Part shown: positions 62,701-64,000 of the stretch, in pieces
Numbering within the stretch: the stretch's first letter is position 1
Layout: each line of letters begins with the position of its first letter
Source of the DNA: Balanoglossus misakiensis
Lineage: Eukaryota; Animalia; Hemichordata
DNA length: 64,000 nt
Direction of reading: 5' to 3'
Assembly: GCA_040954595.2 (NCBI GenBank)
Contig: CM082585.2
Coordinates: forward strand, 3,688,902 to 3,752,901
The notes under the pieces: model-generated
What the model saw: only the letters and a program-made list of their open reading frames with translations
What the model was told of the DNA's origin: nothing
Database searches by the model: none
Position numbers and translations under genes: made by a program

Positions 62701-63456
62701 TCAGTTTAGAATTTGATGAGAGTGAGGCCTACAAGGATTTCATCGTATTCTATGAGGACGTCTTGGAGGAATTTCGAGAAGTTGGCAAAGTCATACAGTT
62801 TAAGGTAATAGGAATTACAGTACTCTGAAATTCATGTACTGTACATGTACTCATGCATATAGATAATCATTATGGTAAAGCCCCGCACAACCGGGCTAGT
62901 TTGACAGATGGTTGGGTGGTTGTTTATATGTGGAAATAAATTGCACTATAGTTTCTCTAATCTTGAATTTATACTCCACTTTTATGGAGATCTAATTACT
63001 GAAAGATATGACAAAACAATGAATTTGTGTTTGCAATGTGCAACAGCAGAGTGAGACACAGCAGCTAGTGCAGAGATAAGCCTTAGCTGAAAGAGTGAAA
63101 GGGTTAATTAAAGACTCCCTAGATTTTTGTTGGCAAATATATTCTATATGGTAAAGTACAGTTGTATTTCATACTTCAATTGTCATCAAATAAGAGCACA
63201 GTACCCTTGAGGCCCCGTTTAGTCAAATGGAGGTCAGGGGTATTCTGGTATTATTGCAATTAATTCTGTTCACCTGAAACATTTCTGCAGGTATGCTGTA
63301 ATTGGGAACAACACTTGAGAGGCAATGTGTACGTGCAGTATTCCACTGAAGAAGAGTGCAGTCAAGCTGTTGCAGTTTTCAATGGCCGATTTTATGCGGG
63401 TAAACAGTTGACCTGTATGTACTGTCCAGTATTGAAGTGGAAATCTGCTATCTGTG
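44771..63456 (+). CDS. ZRSR2: ZRSR2/U2AF35-related splicing factor, 5' partial; exons 44771-44817, 46229-46323, 47259-47331, 58696-58804, 60041-60127, 61034-61075, 62013-62119, 62591-62804, 63291-63456; continues beyond the window
   Basis: [37 protein letters not shown] finger [15 protein letters not shown]|[31 protein letters not shown]|[17 protein letters not shown]...[17 protein letters not shown]; phases are consistent. Confidence 0.93.
45184..45306. mobile_element. Palindromic MITE with TAG...CTA termini and a 9-bp TSD (8/9 match)
   Basis: TGGGTTGAC|TAGCCTGGCCCCAGACCAGTGCAGTGTG...CACACTGCACTGGTCTGGGGCCAGGCTA|TAGGTTGAC. Confidence 0.7.
46382..46485. repeat. (TCCA/TCCG)n microsatellite
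   Basis: Directly visible. Confidence 0.9.
47394..49504 (-). mobile_element. Degenerate Tigger/pogo (Tc1/mariner superfamily) transposon
   Basis: TIRs CAGACGAAGCCGTTTTATCGGGA / TCCCGATAAAAGGGCTTCGACTG with TA on the left. Frameshifted transposase with [28 protein letters not shown] and NAWMT. Confidence 0.88.
49677..50041. repeat. ~184-bp tandem duplication
   Basis: TGAGTTATTTGTTTATGATCATGAG...CACCTAGA occurs twice. Confidence 0.8.
51366..51582 (+). pseudogene. Decayed 28S (LSU) rRNA fragment
   Basis: Resembles the conserved eukaryotic LSU segment TCTAGTAGCTGGTTCCCTCCGAAGTTTCCCTCAGGATAGCTGG...GGTAAAGCGAATGATTAGAGGTCTTGGGG...TCAAACTTTAAATGGGTAAGAAG, with scattered substitutions. Confidence 0.85.
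51830..52830 (-). pseudogene. Fossil intron-containing hAT transposase (ZNF862-like), 3' remnant
   Basis: [43 protein letters not shown] (hAT CxxH motif) and EVRLKEAK...HHRAV on exon-like segments. Confidence 0.7.
53390..53515 (-). pseudogene. N-terminal remnant of the tyrosine recombinase ORF
   Basis: [37 protein letters not shown] overlaps the pol 3' end, then runs into repeat B with no catalytic domain. Confidence 0.6.
53401..56592 (-). pseudogene. Ngaro pol (RT + RNase H), interrupted by insertion 54453-55890 and a TAA at 53680-53682
   Basis: [30 protein letters not shown]|TYEEC (rejoined), [41 protein letters not shown]. Confidence 0.88.
54453..55890. mobile_element. Non-autonomous hAT-like element with a 5-bp TSD, containing a nested element at 54714-55743
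   Basis: GTCAG|CAGGGCTCGAAATTCG...CGAATTTCGAGCCCTG|GTCAG; inner TIRs CAGTGTTTTCTCCAGG / CCTGGAGAAAACACTG. Confidence 0.85.
56583..57815 (-). CDS. Ngaro ORF1 (gag-like) with a C-terminal CCCH zinc finger; start uncertain (frame open to 58049)
   Basis: Long ORF with [30 protein letters not shown] and [21 protein letters not shown], directly upstream of RT. Confidence 0.8.
   Translation of the reverse strand: MDKPSVDSAATGHVDHTVDTASLLSSMTPCLEMQLWAEKYGISLDTLSVLGMHGFVTLDAVKLIKPEDVVSMKISPLGQLRQLEAAIIALMGPGQGQASPAKNMTSKMAAPTVAENVSSFSSGADCRKDVSSSDHSAPPVSTLKSEETPPASFNLDTLLKALAPEPAAANSNADVPPKCATPDRMDLDPLVYLKPKTKGQKHLDIVDFVPGSFTTKVEQQVLSVGDSGSKLILESGPAKPKLNSVTPQQWTAANARILYELILNHSFDIIQIKHYLAYTVKVSQLADRYEWASVLVYDREYRMLQAAYHFPWGTESQHLSSVHLREKFIANKVAGKGAPGPSGNINEGKGVLPAPLDAKTGRPICIGFNKGNCTFGNRCTYAHICLECRKQHPKSSHPNDEEKVASESKN
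58150..58320 (-). pseudogene. Upstream exon of the fossil hAT transposase, on the far side of the Ngaro insertion
   Basis: EDIKSSP...[10 protein letters not shown]...KQLITY (first catalytic D region of hAT). Confidence 0.6.
59064..60662. mobile_element. Cluster of Kolobok-like TTAA MITEs in ZRSR2 introns 4-5
   Basis: Repeated TTAAAGGGACAAAGTCTCTC ends, including a tandemly duplicated left half at 59409 and 59557; the span also includes ZRSR2 exon 5. Confidence 0.75.
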
Positions 63457-64000
63457 GTGAGTACCACTTGAAGCCCGCAGTAACCGTCTCTAACATTTGG
63501 CTATGTTTCTGTATTTTTCTCCCATGTATTATCTCTGATTTCTTGTTCTTCTCTGGATAGCTTCATGAAATGTTCAATCTTTAGCTTCTCAACATAATCT
63601 CTGTGTATGAATTGCAAACAAATGAATCCAGGTCCAGACTTGAATTAAGTTTTCAACAATAACAATCCTGATTGCTACAAAATTATACCACTGTGACACA
63701 GCATGTGAAAAGGGATTTCCTTATGAAATTATCTGTTCAATACTTTGATTTTCATTGATGGTAGATACCTAAAAAGAACATGTCCTATTAATCAAATCAT
63801 GTTGTCATTATTGTAATTTTTAGTTTCTCGGGAATTATTTCAAGGTGCCAGATTTCATGCTTGTTTGATGTGCAGAAAACAAGACACTGATCCTTTCAAA
63901 TGCAAATTACTTGAAATGACATCTGTCTGTGCCAGGGGTGTTTCGGCTGTGACAGTTTTTTTTTTACTACATTATTGTTTTACTAGTCTTTCTCTGTCTT

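Overview
Eukaryotic, AT-rich, intron-containing animal DNA (probably a marine invertebrate; inferred from TTAGGG tracts and the transposon repertoire). It holds three host genes: a complete 11-exon WDFY2/WDFY1-type gene (+, 17484-34233, 400 aa, one U12-type intron), a complete MOSPD1-type gene (-, 43078-40432, 217 aa), and the 5' nine exons of ZRSR2 (+, from 44771), head-to-head with MOSPD1. The most striking structure is a 14-kb near-perfect palindrome (1197-15243) with arms of about 6.7 and 6.5 kb around a 760-bp spacer. It has Polinton/Maverick-type AGTAGT...ACTACT ends and a 6-bp ATTTTT target-site duplication (TSD), and it sits inside a LINE ORF whose reading frame is restored when the element is removed. 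It encodes no Polinton genes; each arm instead carries an intact PIF/Harbinger transposase and a 5'-truncated Myb/SANT partner gene. WDFY2 intron 2 contains an apparently intact 7.2-kb ISL2EU transposon (THAP-DDE transposase plus SAP-SWIM-YqaJ gene). ZRSR2 intron 3 contains a Tigger fossil, a 28S rRNA fragment and a nested stack (hAT fossil > Ngaro/DIRS retroelement with a -1 frameshift signal > 5-bp-TSD hAT MITE > inner MITE). Many MITEs are scattered through the rest. All calls come from reading and translating by eye; no database searches were run.
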